From Clostridia bacterium (GTDB lineage Bacteria; Bacillota; Clostridia; Christensenellales; CAG-138), in contig JAVBWI010000004.1 of NCBI GenBank assembly GCA_036677445.1, forward strand, positions 342,786 to 406,785: a stretch of DNA of 64,000 nucleotides, written 5' to 3'. The notes under the pieces were generated by a model, which worked only from the letters and a program-made list of their open reading frames with translations, ran no database searches and was not told the origin of the DNA. The translations under genes and the position numbers were made by a program. Positions 45,203 through 57,200 of the stretch are shown here, in pieces (the first letter of the stretch is position 1; each line of letters begins with the position of its first letter).

Positions 45203-45365
45203 AGCCCTGCTCCCTGCGGATTTGTACCATATGCGCGCACTTAGCCCGCATAGCAGTTTCCTCTAACCTGCTTTTAGAATACACCAATTTCTGTTATGTA
45301 TTCACCGTGCACAATCATAAACTTAGCGGAAATGTCCAAACTATAAGAAACAGAAGGAGAGCGGC

Positions 45366-46481
45366 ATGTTCACCATTTTAAGCGGCATAGATTGTTATTG
45401 TCCGGAACATATCGGATGTAAAGATATTCTGATGGTTGGCGATAAAATCGTTAAAATTGCAGAACCCGGAACACTGCAACTGCTATATGACTTCGGTCAG
45501 GTGATCGATTGCAACGGGCTCTATGCGTTCCCGGGTCTTATCGACCAGCATATCCATTTGATCGGCGGCGGCGGCGAAAACGGCCCGGCAAGCCGAATTG
45601 AAGAAATCGGCCTGAATGAGATACTGCTTGCGGGCGTAACGACAGTGGTCGGCGTGCTTGGCTTTGACAGTTATACCAAGAGCCTGAAAAGTTTGTTGGC
45701 AAAAGCAAACACGCTGGAAGCCAAGGGCCTGACGGCCTACATTTATACCGGCAGCTATGCTATTCCCACCGTAACGATAACCGGCACCATTGCGGAAGAC
45801 CTGATATTGATTGATAAAATCATAGGCACGGGTGAAATCGCGATCGCTGATTACCGGTCCTCCCAGCCCACGTTTCACGCGTTCGCACAGCTTTCGGCCC
45901 AAACCAATACCGCCGGGCTGATCAGCGGCAAGGCCGGCGTCGTACATATCCACGTGGGGGATGGCAAAGAAGGCTTATCGCCGCTGGTCAAGCTGTTGGA
46001 AAATACCGATCTGCCCAAAGGAATATTTGTCCCAACGCATATGAACCGGAACCCCGTTCTGTTTTCGCAGGCTGTGGACTATTGCGCCGGCGGCGGAAAT
46101 ATCGATTTGACAGCGGGCGAAACCGAGGGCTTGCCGGTACCGCGCGCTGTTAAGCTCCTTATAGAAAGGCAGATAGACCTTTCAACGGTGACCATCAGTT
46201 CGGACGCCAACGGCAGCGCCGGGCAGGCGGTTGCAAAAATCCAAGCATTATATGAGGATATCGTCAACGGTATCGTGCGGGAGCAAATTCCCCCAAGCCA
46301 GATGTTCCGGTTTGTCACTGAAAATGTCGCAAAAGTTTTGAAACTGTACCCGACGAAGGGTGTGCTGCGCGATGGCAGCGACGCGGATATACTGATTACC
46401 GATCACGAATATCACATACAAAAACTATTCTGCAGAGGACGGCTCATTGTGGACGACTGTCAGGTTATAAAGGATGCGTGA
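45366..46481 (+). CDS. iadA: Isoaspartyl dipeptidase
   Basis: Close by-eye colinearity with E. coli IadA (PGLIDQHIHLIGGGGENGP, VVGVLGFDS, THMNRN). Confidence 0.85.
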   Translation: MFTILSGIDCYCPEHIGCKDILMVGDKIVKIAEPGTLQLLYDFGQVIDCNGLYAFPGLIDQHIHLIGGGGENGPASRIEEIGLNEILLAGVTTVVGVLGFDSYTKSLKSLLAKANTLEAKGLTAYIYTGSYAIPTVTITGTIAEDLILIDKIIGTGEIAIADYRSSQPTFHAFAQLSAQTNTAGLISGKAGVVHIHVGDGKEGLSPLVKLLENTDLPKGIFVPTHMNRNPVLFSQAVDYCAGGGNIDLTAGETEGLPVPRAVKLLIERQIDLSTVTISSDANGSAGQAVAKIQALYEDIVNGIVREQIPPSQMFRFVTENVAKVLKLYPTKGVLRDGSDADILITDHEYHIQKLFCRGRLIVDDCQVIKDA

Positions 46482-47313
46482 AAATATGTTAAATGGATAT
46501 CTGATGATCATCGGGGGCGCCGAAGATAAGCAGGGCGAACGTTCGATTTTAAGCCATGCGGCGGATATGGTGGCGCGCGATGAAATACTCACCGTGGTTA
46601 CGACTGCCACAAAATACCCCGAAGAGGTCGGAAACGAATATAAGGATGTTTTTTACAGGCTCGGCGTGGATAACGTGGATATCCTCAATATAGACTCACG
46701 CGATGACGCCAATAATGCGGACGTTTGCGAGATCATCCGCAAATCCAAGTGCATCTTTTTTACCGGCGGCGACCAGCTGCGTATCACCAGTATATTAGGC
46801 GGTACGAAGGTGAATAATGAACTCCAGAATCTATATAAAGAAGGCGGCGTCATTATGGGTACCAGCGCAGGCGCATCGGCAATGAGTTCAACAATGATCG
46901 TCCAGGGCAACGACAATGAGCCCGCACGCAAATGCACGCTGAAAATGGCGCCTGGGCTTGGTTTGATCAGCAACTGCATCATCGACCAGCATTTTGACCA
47001 GCGGGGAAGATTCGGACGGCTCCTTTGCGGTATAGCCGAAAACCCGGATGTACTGGGCATAGGCATCGATGAGAATACCGCGATCAAAGTGTTTCCGGAT
47101 ACGCATTTTGAAGTGATCGGCGCAAACTCTGTCACCGTCATAGACGGAAGCACGATACAGAGTTCAAACGTTGCCGAGCTGGAGCCAAATGAACTCCTTG
47201 CGATCATTGGCGTAACGGTACATATTCTTCCCTTTGGATACGGATTCGATATGCAAAACAGAAAAGTCATCAGGCTGAAAAAAGTTTCCGGAGACCAAGA
47301 TGAAGATAATTGA
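46474..47313 (+). CDS. cphB: Cyanophycinase (intracellular type, no signal peptide)
   Basis: IIGGAEDK N-terminus and the catalytic Ser motif GTSAGA. The start overlaps the iadA stop; the alternative ATG is at 46486. Confidence 0.85.
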   Translation: MRENMLNGYLMIIGGAEDKQGERSILSHAADMVARDEILTVVTTATKYPEEVGNEYKDVFYRLGVDNVDILNIDSRDDANNADVCEIIRKSKCIFFTGGDQLRITSILGGTKVNNELQNLYKEGGVIMGTSAGASAMSSTMIVQGNDNEPARKCTLKMAPGLGLISNCIIDQHFDQRGRFGRLLCGIAENPDVLGIGIDENTAIKVFPDTHFEVIGANSVTVIDGSTIQSSNVAELEPNELLAIIGVTVHILPFGYGFDMQNRKVIRLKKVSGDQDEDN

Positions 47314-49888
47314 CGTTTCGATTTTCAAAGGAAGAAATATATACAGCCATTATCCGGTAATCAAGATGATTCTCGATGCTGAAAAGCTCAGCATGACTCC
47401 CACCAAGCAGATCAAGGGATTCAACGAGTGGGTTCTTCAGGAATTTCCGGGCTTAAAAACCAACCACTGCGGTCTCGGGTATGAAGGCGGCTTTTTAGAA
47501 AAGCTCGAAGCCGGAACCTACCTCGCGCATGTCATAGAGCATGTGATACTCGAAATGCAGTATATGGCGGGATATAATGTGGCATTTGGCAAGACCCGCG
47601 TTTTGGACGAGCCTTCAAAATCCTATATCGTGTATGAATACATCAATGAAGTATGCGGCCTGGAATGCGGCAAGGCCGCCATACATATCATAAACTGTTT
47701 TTTAAAGAACAAAAAAGCGAATGTAAAGGACATTCTTGCTTATATTCAGCAGGTTTCAAAAGACGCCGAACTCGGGCCGAGTACCGCCGCGATCTATCAC
47801 GAAGCGCAGCGGCGCGGCATACCCGTCTGCCGAATAGGCCATGAGAGTTTAATTCAGCTTGGATACGGAAAATACCGGCGGATGCAGCAGGCAACGCTGA
47901 CGGATGCTACCTCCTGTATTGCCGTAGATATATCCTCCAATAAGCAATTTACAAAAATGCTGCTGCGTGACAATGGTATCCCCGTGCCGGACGGCAAGCT
48001 TGTATTCAGCGAGATTTCCGCTCTGCTTGCCGCAAAGCAAATCGGTACGCCGGTGGCAATCAAACCCCATAACGGCAACCAGGGCAAGGGCGTGCATCTG
48101 AATCTCAAAAGCCAGCGCGAAATCAAGGCTGCGTTTAAAGACGCATGTTCCCACAGCAATTCTGTGATTGTCGAAAAATTCGTCAGCGGCAAGGATTTTC
48201 GCGTTCTGGTGGTAGGCGACAAGGTCAGCGCTGTTTCAGAGCGCCGCCCCGCCTGTGTCACCGGCGACGGCGTGCATACCATCAGCGAGTTGGTTGACAT
48301 CATCAACCAGGATGAAAATCGCGGAGACCACCACGAAAAACCGCTGACCAAGATTAAGCTTGACACCATTGCGCTCAAGCTGCTAAAACGTGACAAGCTT
48401 ACCCCGGCCTTTGTTCCCGGCAAGGGCGAGATCGTAAAGCTTAGGGAAAACGGCAATTTGAGCACGGGCGGGACCGCGACGGACCGCACGGACGAGATAC
48501 ATCCCGAAAACGCGGAGCTGGCCGTGCGGGCGGCCTCCGTCCTTGGGATCGATATCGCGGGCATTGACTTTGTTACCGAGGATATATCCGCCCCCATCCG
48601 TGAAACAGGCGGGGTGATCGTTGAAGTCAATACCGCGCCGGGCATACGGATGCATTTGTACCCAAGCGAAGGAACGCCCAGAGACGTTGCGAAGGATATC
48701 GTGGAATATCTTTATCCCGGCAATGACGCATTAAATTTCCCTATCGTATCCGTAACGGGCACGAACGGAAAGACAACCACAACAAGGTTGATCGCGCATG
48801 CGCTCGCCTGCTATGGCAAGTCCGTAGGCATGACCAGCACATCCGGCACTTATATCAACGGAAAATGCATTCATAAGGGCGACGATACGGGTGCATTGAG
48901 CGCGAAGGCCGTGCTGGCCGATAAATCGGTCGACGCGGCGGTGCTTGAAACGGCGCGCGGCGGGCTTATCCGCGCCGGCCTGGGGTATGATCTCGCGGAT
49001 GTCGGCGTGATCACAAATATCGCGGACGATCACCTGGGGCTGAACGATATCAATACGCTGGAGGATCTGGCGTTTATCAAATCTCTGGTAGCGGAGGCCG
49101 TGAAGGACACCGGGTACGCGGTTTTAAACGCGGATGACCCGATGACCGGCTATATTCTAAAACGGGTAAAGGCAAACGTGATTCTTTTTGCAAAAGAGTA
49201 TGCAAAAGCAAGAAGCCTATACAGGGATTTTGCGCTTGTATATGTATCCGAAGGCATGATCATGATAGAACATGACAGCGTTACTACATCGATTATCCAT
49301 GTGGATCATATACCCATCACCAAGCACGGCAATATTCCATGCAACGTTGAAAACAGCCTGGCCGCGGTCGCAGCGCTGTACGCGCTTCGTATTCCTGCCG
49401 AAACCATTGCGTTGGGGCTGTCAAGCTTTGCCGATAATGCCGGACGATTTCAACTCCATCGCTTAGGCAATTGCTCCGTACTGCTTGATTATGGGCACAA
49501 CGCCCCCGGATACAAGGCGGTCATCGACGCTTTGCCTTCTTATCAGTCCAAGCGTTTAATCGGCGTCATCGGTATGCCCGGAGACAGGCAGGACTCGGCA
49601 ATGCAAGCCGTAGGCGAACTGTGCGCAAACGCATTCCATAAAATTTATATTAAGGAAGACGCCAATTTGCGCGGCAGAGAGAAGGGCGAAGTCACCGCGC
49701 TCCTATACGCCGCCTTGACAAGCCGCGGTTTCCCCAAGGAAAACATCATGGTATTGGCAGATGAGCTGGACGCATTGAAGCTGGCGGTCAGCGACGCCCA
49801 AAATGGCGATTTGATCGTTGTATTCTATGAAAAGCTGCATCCGCTCACCGAGTATATGCAGCAGTTAGCGGGACAAAACCATCCCTGA
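47300..49888 (+). CDS. cphA: Cyanophycin synthetase
   Basis: 862 aa: an N-terminal CphA domain, an ATP-grasp module, and a Mur-ligase-like module with GTNGKTTT. The start overlaps the cphB stop by 14 nt. Confidence 0.9.
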   Translation: MKIIDVSIFKGRNIYSHYPVIKMILDAEKLSMTPTKQIKGFNEWVLQEFPGLKTNHCGLGYEGGFLEKLEAGTYLAHVIEHVILEMQYMAGYNVAFGKTRVLDEPSKSYIVYEYINEVCGLECGKAAIHIINCFLKNKKANVKDILAYIQQVSKDAELGPSTAAIYHEAQRRGIPVCRIGHESLIQLGYGKYRRMQQATLTDATSCIAVDISSNKQFTKMLLRDNGIPVPDGKLVFSEISALLAAKQIGTPVAIKPHNGNQGKGVHLNLKSQREIKAAFKDACSHSNSVIVEKFVSGKDFRVLVVGDKVSAVSERRPACVTGDGVHTISELVDIINQDENRGDHHEKPLTKIKLDTIALKLLKRDKLTPAFVPGKGEIVKLRENGNLSTGGTATDRTDEIHPENAELAVRAASVLGIDIAGIDFVTEDISAPIRETGGVIVEVNTAPGIRMHLYPSEGTPRDVAKDIVEYLYPGNDALNFPIVSVTGTNGKTTTTRLIAHALACYGKSVGMTSTSGTYINGKCIHKGDDTGALSAKAVLADKSVDAAVLETARGGLIRAGLGYDLADVGVITNIADDHLGLNDINTLEDLAFIKSLVAEAVKDTGYAVLNADDPMTGYILKRVKANVILFAKEYAKARSLYRDFALVYVSEGMIMIEHDSVTTSIIHVDHIPITKHGNIPCNVENSLAAVAALYALRIPAETIALGLSSFADNAGRFQLHRLGNCSVLLDYGHNAPGYKAVIDALPSYQSKRLIGVIGMPGDRQDSAMQAVGELCANAFHKIYIKEDANLRGREKGEVTALLYAALTSRGFPKENIMVLADELDALKLAVSDAQNGDLIVVFYEKLHPLTEYMQQLAGQNHP

Positions 49889-50007
49889 TGGAAAACCGCA
49901 TGGGTACCACACTCTCTTATCTTATCTACGTATGCGATCAGGTCGCCTACGCCATAGCCGTTGGCGGCCACCTGCCGCATGTTGCCGCCAAAACGGCAGG
50001 CCTTCAA

Positions 50008-50031
50008 AGTCCGGAGTACCCGGACTTTTTC
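50008..50031 (+). terminator. Intrinsic terminator after cphA
   Basis: AGTCCGG-agtac-CCGGACT followed by TTTTTCTTT. Confidence 0.65.
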
Positions 50032-50085
50032 TTTGCGGCTCTGAATTAGGAAAAATCGTATCCGCATTAAAATGCGAAGTACGGT

Positions 50086-52206
50086 TTATTGACCGGCCGG
50101 CATGATTCTTTGCAGTTCGCGAACGATATCTTCAATTCGATAGGGTTTTTGTACAGCGCCGCTAAAACCGTATGCATGATAATTGGACAATACGGGATTA
50201 TTGGAATAACCGCTCGCAACAATAGCAACAACATCGGGATTCATATCTTTCATGCATTTCATTGCCTCTTTACCGCCCATACCCCCCGGAATTGTGAGGT
50301 CTAATATAACGGCATCATAAGGTTTCCCCATCTTCATGGAATTTCTGTAAAGATCAAGCCCGTCAGCCCCGTCATGAACGGCATCCGCCATATAGCCATA
50401 CATTTTTAACAAATCAGCCAAGGAATCGGCTATGGATTCCTGATCCTCAATCAGTAATATCCGTCCATTACCCGGCTGAATTTCTTTTCCATTTGTTTGG
50501 ACTTCAGTTTTTTTACGAGATGCCGGAAGATAAATATGAAAAGCCGTGCCCTTTTCCTCTTCCGACTCAACCGTAATATAACCGCCATGCTTTTTTATAA
50601 TGGAATACGAAGTTGCAAGCCCAAGTCCGCTTCCTTTTTCTTTTGTGGTGAAATAGGGATCGAATATTTTGCTTAAGTTCTCGTTTGGGATTCCAATCCC
50701 CTGATCGATAACGGATAATTTTACATAACTTCCATGACTTATAGGCAGATTGTCGTTTGAGCCGGCAAAAAAATTATCAGCCGATATCCTTATAACGCCG
50801 CCGTTGGGCATAGCCTGATCAGCGTTAATAACCATATTGTTTATAACCTGGCTTATTTGCCCCTGGTCTATTTCCACAACATAGAGATCAGGGGCAAAAG
50901 AAAATTCGCACTTTACTTTGGAGCCCCGGAGGGCAAACCCGGCCGTATCCGATATCAGATCCGGCAATAAGGATGCTTTTTTTACCGGGCTTCCGCCTTT
51001 TGAAAAGGTAAGCAGTTGCCGCGTGAGCGATTCAGCGTTATGGCAGGTCTTTTCCACCATGTTCAGATATGGATAAACGCTTTCGTCGAGTTTGTATTTC
51101 TTTCTTATTAACTGCATGACGTTTAGTATCACTGTCAATTCATTATTGAAATCATGCGCAATTCCTCCGGCCAGAACTCCCAGGGATTCAAGCTTCTGCA
51201 CCTTTAATAATTCCATGTTGGCGCGTTCAAGTTCCGCGGTGCGCCTCGCAACAAGCTCCTCAAGATACTCCCCGCTTTTTTTCATTTGTTCCAGCAACAA
51301 AATATTCTCATAGGCTATCGCGGCCTGCATGCCCAATGTCATGGTTATCTCCTCATCCACATCGGAGAACCGCATACAATCCAGTTTATCCTTCAGGCAA
51401 ATCCAGCCGTAAACGCAAGTGGGAGAGGTAAACGGAACCGCCATGAGCGATTCCACTGATATGCCAGTTTCGCAGGTAAAAGAAGACGCCGACGGCCATC
51501 GGTACGGCAAGCGCCGGGTAACCACGCGATGTAGGATTTCTTCCGGGGGAAGCAAACCATCCGGACCGGAAGCAGCAGGCTCACCCTGGGCGTGGCTGAT
51601 AAAATACTCTTTTCCGCCATCCCTTTCAATCATCAGTACGGAATGCCTGCAATTGAAAAATTCGAGCAGGATTCGGGGAATACAGCACAGGAGTTTTTGC
51701 GGATCACGCTGTGCTACCATACTGTAGCTCAGATCCATCAGCACAGAAAGCTGAAGTCCTCCGATCTGCGAAAAAGACGATTCTGCTGGATTTTGACGGG
51801 GCACGTCCGTCACAGTCTGCAGATCTGTTAAGGCAGACGGAGCTCCCAGCAGCTCACTGACCGTCTTCAGAATAAACTCCGGATCGGAAGGCTTTGGAAT
51901 AACACGGCAGGTTCCATATGTTTCGTCCAAACGGATACTTTCCGGATAACGGCAGGAAGCGGTATAAAAAATGACGGGCGTCTTCTTCAGCGTCGATTCC
52001 AACCGCAGCTTGCGGACAAATTCCAGTCCGTCAATGGAAGGCAAAAGTATATCGCTTATAATAAGATCCGGCCGCTCATTGTATGCAAGCGTCAACGCCC
52101 CGGTACCCTCAACCGCCTCTAGTACATGATGTCCCGCGTAACTAAGCAGGCTAGCAAGCATTTGCCGGCTCATTGCGTGGTCTTCGACAATAAGGATAGT
52201 TGCCAT
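50086..52206 (-). CDS. Hybrid sensor histidine kinase (REC-GAF-HisKA-HATPase-REC)
   Basis: N-terminal receiver (DLIISDILLPSIDG), H-box GIAHDFNNELT, ATPase G-boxes (DQGIGIP, GSGLGLA), C-terminal receiver (AVILDLTIPGGMGG). Confidence 0.85.
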   Translation of the reverse strand: MATILIVEDHAMSRQMLASLLSYAGHHVLEAVEGTGALTLAYNERPDLIISDILLPSIDGLEFVRKLRLESTLKKTPVIFYTASCRYPESIRLDETYGTCRVIPKPSDPEFILKTVSELLGAPSALTDLQTVTDVPRQNPAESSFSQIGGLQLSVLMDLSYSMVAQRDPQKLLCCIPRILLEFFNCRHSVLMIERDGGKEYFISHAQGEPAASGPDGLLPPEEILHRVVTRRLPYRWPSASSFTCETGISVESLMAVPFTSPTCVYGWICLKDKLDCMRFSDVDEEITMTLGMQAAIAYENILLLEQMKKSGEYLEELVARRTAELERANMELLKVQKLESLGVLAGGIAHDFNNELTVILNVMQLIRKKYKLDESVYPYLNMVEKTCHNAESLTRQLLTFSKGGSPVKKASLLPDLISDTAGFALRGSKVKCEFSFAPDLYVVEIDQGQISQVINNMVINADQAMPNGGVIRISADNFFAGSNDNLPISHGSYVKLSVIDQGIGIPNENLSKIFDPYFTTKEKGSGLGLATSYSIIKKHGGYITVESEEEKGTAFHIYLPASRKKTEVQTNGKEIQPGNGRILLIEDQESIADSLADLLKMYGYMADAVHDGADGLDLYRNSMKMGKPYDAVILDLTIPGGMGGKEAMKCMKDMNPDVVAIVASGYSNNPVLSNYHAYGFSGAVQKPYRIEDIVRELQRIMPAGQ

Positions 52207-52212
52207 TGCATC

Positions 52213-52596
52213 CTACTCTTTTCTTCTGTTTGTTTGAATAAACGATTCAATCTGCCTGACGAATACTTCGGGTATAATCGGCTTGCTGATGTAATTATCA
52301 AATCCTGCGGCAAGTACCTTTTCCCTGTCTCCTACCATTGCGAGAGCGGTAACGGCAATAAGCGGGATATTTTTGAGTTGAGGATCATTTTTTATATAAC
52401 GCGCCACCCCGTAGCCATCCACCCTGGGAAGATGTATATCGCAAATGATCAGATCGGCCCTTTCCTGATGCGCCAGCCGTATTCCCTCTTCCCCATCCGC
52501 CGCCATAAGGACTGTATAGTTGAAAACCTGCAGCAGATAGGTAATGAGCTCAAGGTTGATGGAGTTATCCTCTATAACCAATATTCGTTCATGCAA
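52213..52596 (-). CDS. Single-domain response regulator (receiver only)
   Basis: 127 aa; [31 protein letters not shown]. All conserved receiver residues are present. Confidence 0.9.
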   Translation of the reverse strand: MHERILVIEDNSINLELITYLLQVFNYTVLMAADGEEGIRLAHQERADLIICDIHLPRVDGYGVARYIKNDPQLKNIPLIAVTALAMVGDREKVLAAGFDNYISKPIIPEVFVRQIESFIQTNRRKE

Positions 52597-54229
52597 TATT
52601 TGTCAGCTCCTTATCTTTTCCCAGTACCAGCTGAAAGACGCTACCTTTGCCGAACTCGCTTTGAAATTCAATATGCCCGCCAAGCAATTCCGCCAGTTTT
52701 TTGCTTAGATGAAGGCCTAATCCCGTACCTTCATGCCGTCGGGCGCTGCTTGAATCCACTTGCGTAAAAGCCTGAAAAAGCTTGTCCTGATCCTCGGGTT
52801 TAATGCCTATTCCGGTATCCGATACGCTGAATTGCACCTGTGCCAGGCTATCGTCACACCGTAACTCTAACCGGACTTCTCCCTTTTCGGTAAACTTGAT
52901 CGCATTGTTGGCGAGATTGATCAGGATCTGGCTTACAGCCCGGCGGTCTGTATGCAGGATGATATCCTCATCCGGCATATTGCAGATTAATTTGAGGTAT
53001 TTATCATCCGCAATCGGACGAAGCGTATCGGCAATATCCTTTAGAACGCTTTTGCAGGATACCGGCTCCGGGTTTACCTCAACCTTGCCGGATTCTATCT
53101 TGGAAAGATCCAGAAGGTCGTTGATAAGCAAAAGCAAATGCTTGGCGCTTGCAGATATATTCTGGAGCTGCTTTTCCTGTTCGGCGTTAAGCGGTCCGGG
53201 CAGTTTCATCAAAAGCGTTCCGGTAAAGCCGATAATGGCATTGAGCGGCGTGCGCAATTCATGACTCATATTGGCAAGGAATCTGTCTTTGGCCAGCAAT
53301 GCATTTTCCAACTCGACATTTTTTTCCTGCAGCCTGTCCTCAGCCAGTTTCCGCTGCTCAATCTCCTGTTTCAGCTGTTTATTGGTTGCCTCCAAATCGG
53401 CCGTTCGTTCCGCCACCCTCTTCTCCATCTCGCCGTATGCCCTGTGCAGTTTTACCTCCGCCATATCACGCTCCGTCACATCGCGGAAAACTAAAATTAC
53501 GCCTATAATTTTTCCCCGGTCATCCTGAATAGGCGCGGCGCTGTCATCGATAGGAATTTCCCTTCCGTTCTTGGCAAGAAGCAATGTATGGTTGGCCAGG
53601 CCGACAACCGCCCCTTCCTGCATGACTCTTTCCGCAGGATTTTCAACGGTCAGGCGCGTATTCTTGTTTATAATCCTGAATACATCCGTCAGCTTCTCAT
53701 GCTGTGCCTCCTCTATCTTCCATCCCGTCAGTTCCTCTGCAACCATATTCATGAAGGTAACCCGGCCTTTGTCATCCGTAGCGATGACGGCGTCCCCGAT
53801 ACTTCTGAGTGTTGTCGAAAACCATTCTTCACTTTCTTTCAGCTTTTTTTCCATCTTGTGCTTATACAATGCCATGTCGATGGAGATATCCAGTTCGCGC
53901 TCCTTAAAGGGCTTGACGATATATCCATAAGGATCGGTTATTTTGGCGCGCTGCACCGTATCTTCATCCGCATAAGCGGTCAGATAAATCACAGGGATTC
54001 CATAGCTGGACATGATTTGCTTTGCAGCCCAAACCCCGTCGACCTCTCCGTGAAGCATGATGTCCATAAGCACCAGGTCAAAACTTATCTCCTCCGTCAG
54101 CTTGATCGCTTCTTCCCCGGATAATGCGATAACAGGGCAGGAATATCCTAAATTCATCAGCCTATGCTGAATATCCAGCGCCTCAATGCCTTCATCCTCA
54201 ACAATTAATATCTTGGCGTCAGTCATCAT
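52589..54229 (-). CDS. Hybrid sensor histidine kinase (REC-PAS-HisKA-HATPase)
   Basis: Receiver ([14 protein letters not shown]), a PAS region, H-box [11 protein letters not shown], ATPase motifs (DTGIGI, GTGLGL). Confidence 0.85.
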   Translation of the reverse strand: MMTDAKILIVEDEGIEALDIQHRLMNLGYSCPVIALSGEEAIKLTEEISFDLVLMDIMLHGEVDGVWAAKQIMSSYGIPVIYLTAYADEDTVQRAKITDPYGYIVKPFKERELDISIDMALYKHKMEKKLKESEEWFSTTLRSIGDAVIATDDKGRVTFMNMVAEELTGWKIEEAQHEKLTDVFRIINKNTRLTVENPAERVMQEGAVVGLANHTLLLAKNGREIPIDDSAAPIQDDRGKIIGVILVFRDVTERDMAEVKLHRAYGEMEKRVAERTADLEATNKQLKQEIEQRKLAEDRLQEKNVELENALLAKDRFLANMSHELRTPLNAIIGFTGTLLMKLPGPLNAEQEKQLQNISASAKHLLLLINDLLDLSKIESGKVEVNPEPVSCKSVLKDIADTLRPIADDKYLKLICNMPDEDIILHTDRRAVSQILINLANNAIKFTEKGEVRLELRCDDSLAQVQFSVSDTGIGIKPEDQDKLFQAFTQVDSSSARRHEGTGLGLHLSKKLAELLGGHIEFQSEFGKGSVFQLVLGKDKELTNIA

Positions 54230-54240
54230 ACCGTCTCCTT

Positions 54241-57200
54241 TTATTTCATCGCTTCAAATAAAATGGTAAATCGGGTTCCGTTGTTTCTATCGATATAAAT
54301 TTCACCCTTGAGCTGCCTTACCAATATATTGACTATTTTAAGCCCCAGCGAATTGCTGTTTTGTATGATAAAATCGTCCGGCAGACCTATGCCGTTGTCA
54401 CCCACAACCAGCTTATACCTGTTTCCCGCGCCATGACGCAGATCGATTTGTATTTCTTTCTTCCGGTCAGGGCATCCGCCGGAAGCGGAAAAAGCGTATT
54501 TTAAGGCATTTGAAACAAGCTCGTTCATAATCAGAGCGCAGGGGATTATCGTATCGATGTTTAGCGTAATATCGTCTACGTATATTTTAGGGCTTATACT
54601 CCTCTCGCTAATACCATAAGACAAAAACAGATTGGCGATTAGGTTTTGAATATATTCAGGCAGATTGATCCTCGCCAGCGATTCGGACTGATACAGTTTT
54701 TCATGAATAAGCGCCATCGTGAAAATCCGGTTCTTGCTCTCCTTTAGTAACCCGATAACCAGTTCATCCGTAGTATAAAGCGATTGAAGGTTCAGCATGC
54801 TGTGAATGATCTGGAGATTGTTTTTTACGCGGTGATGGATTTCCTTAAGAAGCACCTCTTTTTCATGCAGGGCTGAACGCAAATGCGCCTCGCTGTCGTA
54901 TAGCTCCTCATTGGCAGCCGCAAGCTCGGCCGTCCGTTTCATCACGCGCTGTTCGAGTTCCCGGTTGAGCTTTTGTATTTCCGCCTCGGCCTTGTTGCGG
55001 TCGGTAATATCGATGCCCATCTCCAGAATAAGATTGGAGCCATCCGCGTCTACAAACGGGAAATCAAAAACGTCATAATCGCGGCCGTCCGGCCCGGTCC
55101 ATTTCCAGCTGCAGGGGGATTTTGTTTCCAAAACGCCGTAGGTTTGGCAATTCTCACATGGCTTATCGTGACCAAACAGGAATTCGAAGCAGCGCTTCCC
55201 ATGCGCTTCGCCAAAGCGCTCCCGAAATACGCGGTTGGCAAAGGGCGCGTGATAATCCGGGGTTAAGAGAACCACATATACCGGGAGTATCTCTAAAATT
55301 TCATTGAACCGCCGCTGTTCGACTATTACCTGCTCCTCGGCCTGCTTGCGGCGGGTAATATCTTCCTCCAATAGCTGATTGGTTCTGGCCAGTTCCGCAG
55401 TTCTTTCCAGAACCCGCATCTCCAGCTCCGCCTTTGCGCCCCGCAGCGCCTCCTCCGCCCGTTTCATCTCGTCCACCAACCGGGAATTTTCAAGAGAAAT
55501 TGCCGCCTGTGATGTCAGCAATTCCGTTAATTGCGTCTTTTCCGATGTAAAAACGGCGTCCGACAGACGGTTTTCCAGGTATAACACGCCTATCTTCTTG
55601 GACTGTTTGATAACCGGCAGGCAAAGAACAGATTTTAGCCGCATATGCCGGACCTCCGGATTATCCTTAAATATTCCCTCCTGCGCGGCGTTATTCAGTA
55701 CCAGCCGCTCTCCCGTCCTGTAAACGTAACGGGCAATGGCTTTGCAGATATCCCGCGTATCTTCCAGTTTTCTGTTGACCGTCCGTATGATTTGCTTTTT
55801 TACGACATGGCTTTCCGCATAGACAAACAGGCCATCGTTTTCCTGTATCAACAAATATCCGTGCTGTGCGCCGGAACTCTCGATCACCACATTCATAATC
55901 TTTTTTAACAGAGTATCCTGCTCTATTTCGGCGGCAATCGCAATAGACGATTTCATCAGATAATCAATATCCAGCGGAGGAAGGATATTGGGTGCGGCCG
56001 TCTCCAATTCCAATTGCGGAACGACCGCTTTCTCTTCCTTGAAATATTCAGGATATTTATTGATAAGATTTGATTCCTTGCGTTCCGCCCCACACGCCCG
56101 GTATAACCTGGCTGCCTCGGCAAAGTAAACCCTCTGCGTGCATTGGCCGGACTTCAACAGCAGTTCTCCAAGGCACTCATTGAGATGCCCTTCCAGAAAC
56201 GTATATTTTTGTTCATGTGCGATATTGATCGCGTCAAGATATAAGCTTCTGGCCTCTTTGAAGCTGCCAGCCACCCTTTCCCGTTCTGCGTATAAAAAGG
56301 CAAGGTAAGGTTTCAATAAGGGGCCTAAAGCCGCCCAGGTTTCAATTTTTTCAACAACAGGCCGGATTTCTGCTATAAGCTCATCAAAAGCACCGCCGGA
56401 TTCCTGTTCGAACAATTTCAGCTTGTTTAAAACCAAAAAGACATGCCATTGCCTTTTTAGAACGTTATCGGTAAGGCCGGATAAATATCGCTTTACCTCC
56501 TCGAGATACCGCCCCGCTTCTTCATATTCTCCAAAATAGTAATGGGATATCGCCATATGGACGCAGTAGCTGCCGGCCGAAGCAATATGATTATCCTTTT
56601 CCCACAAACGAAGCTTTTCATCCATTGATACATGGACGCAGTTCTTTTTCATGTGCCCGACCCAGCCGGCTTGCATCGCCTCGGCAAGTCTGGCTGAAAA
56701 TGCTAAATTGAATCGGTTCGAAAATTGAAGGCACTCGTTTGCATAGTCTTCAATTGCGGACATATCGGCGCCCTGCACCTGGAGATTCCACATTAACGGT
56801 CCGTAAGAAAGCCCCGCATTATACAGGTCGCCGCAGTTTTTCCCGCATTGGATCGACTTTAAGCAATACTCCACAATCTGCTTCGGATGGCTTCTTGAGT
56901 GCATATTGCACCATACGATACCGTTCATGCCCCTGGTTGCGCCAAAAGTATTCGGATATTTTGCGGAGAGATCGCGCGCAAGGTCCTCAAACCTGAATGC
57001 CTGTTCAAAGTCCCCCTGCTCTCCCAATAGAAGCCCCATGATGCTGAAGGAATATATGACCGATTCATCCATACCACCCGAGAGGCAATGCTGGGTAGAC
57101 TGCGCAGCGGAAAGATAAAGCTGCGGTACAAGGCCGGACATATACAGGTCGGGTATCAGCTCACTGTAGAAGGCAAGCTCAATTTTGCTCTTCCGTTCAT

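Noticed and set aside
49825-50067. 80-aa minus-strand ORF between cphA and the hybrid kinase
   Set aside because: It overlaps the cphA 3' end and its terminator hairpins, has no RBS, and shows no recognisable features.
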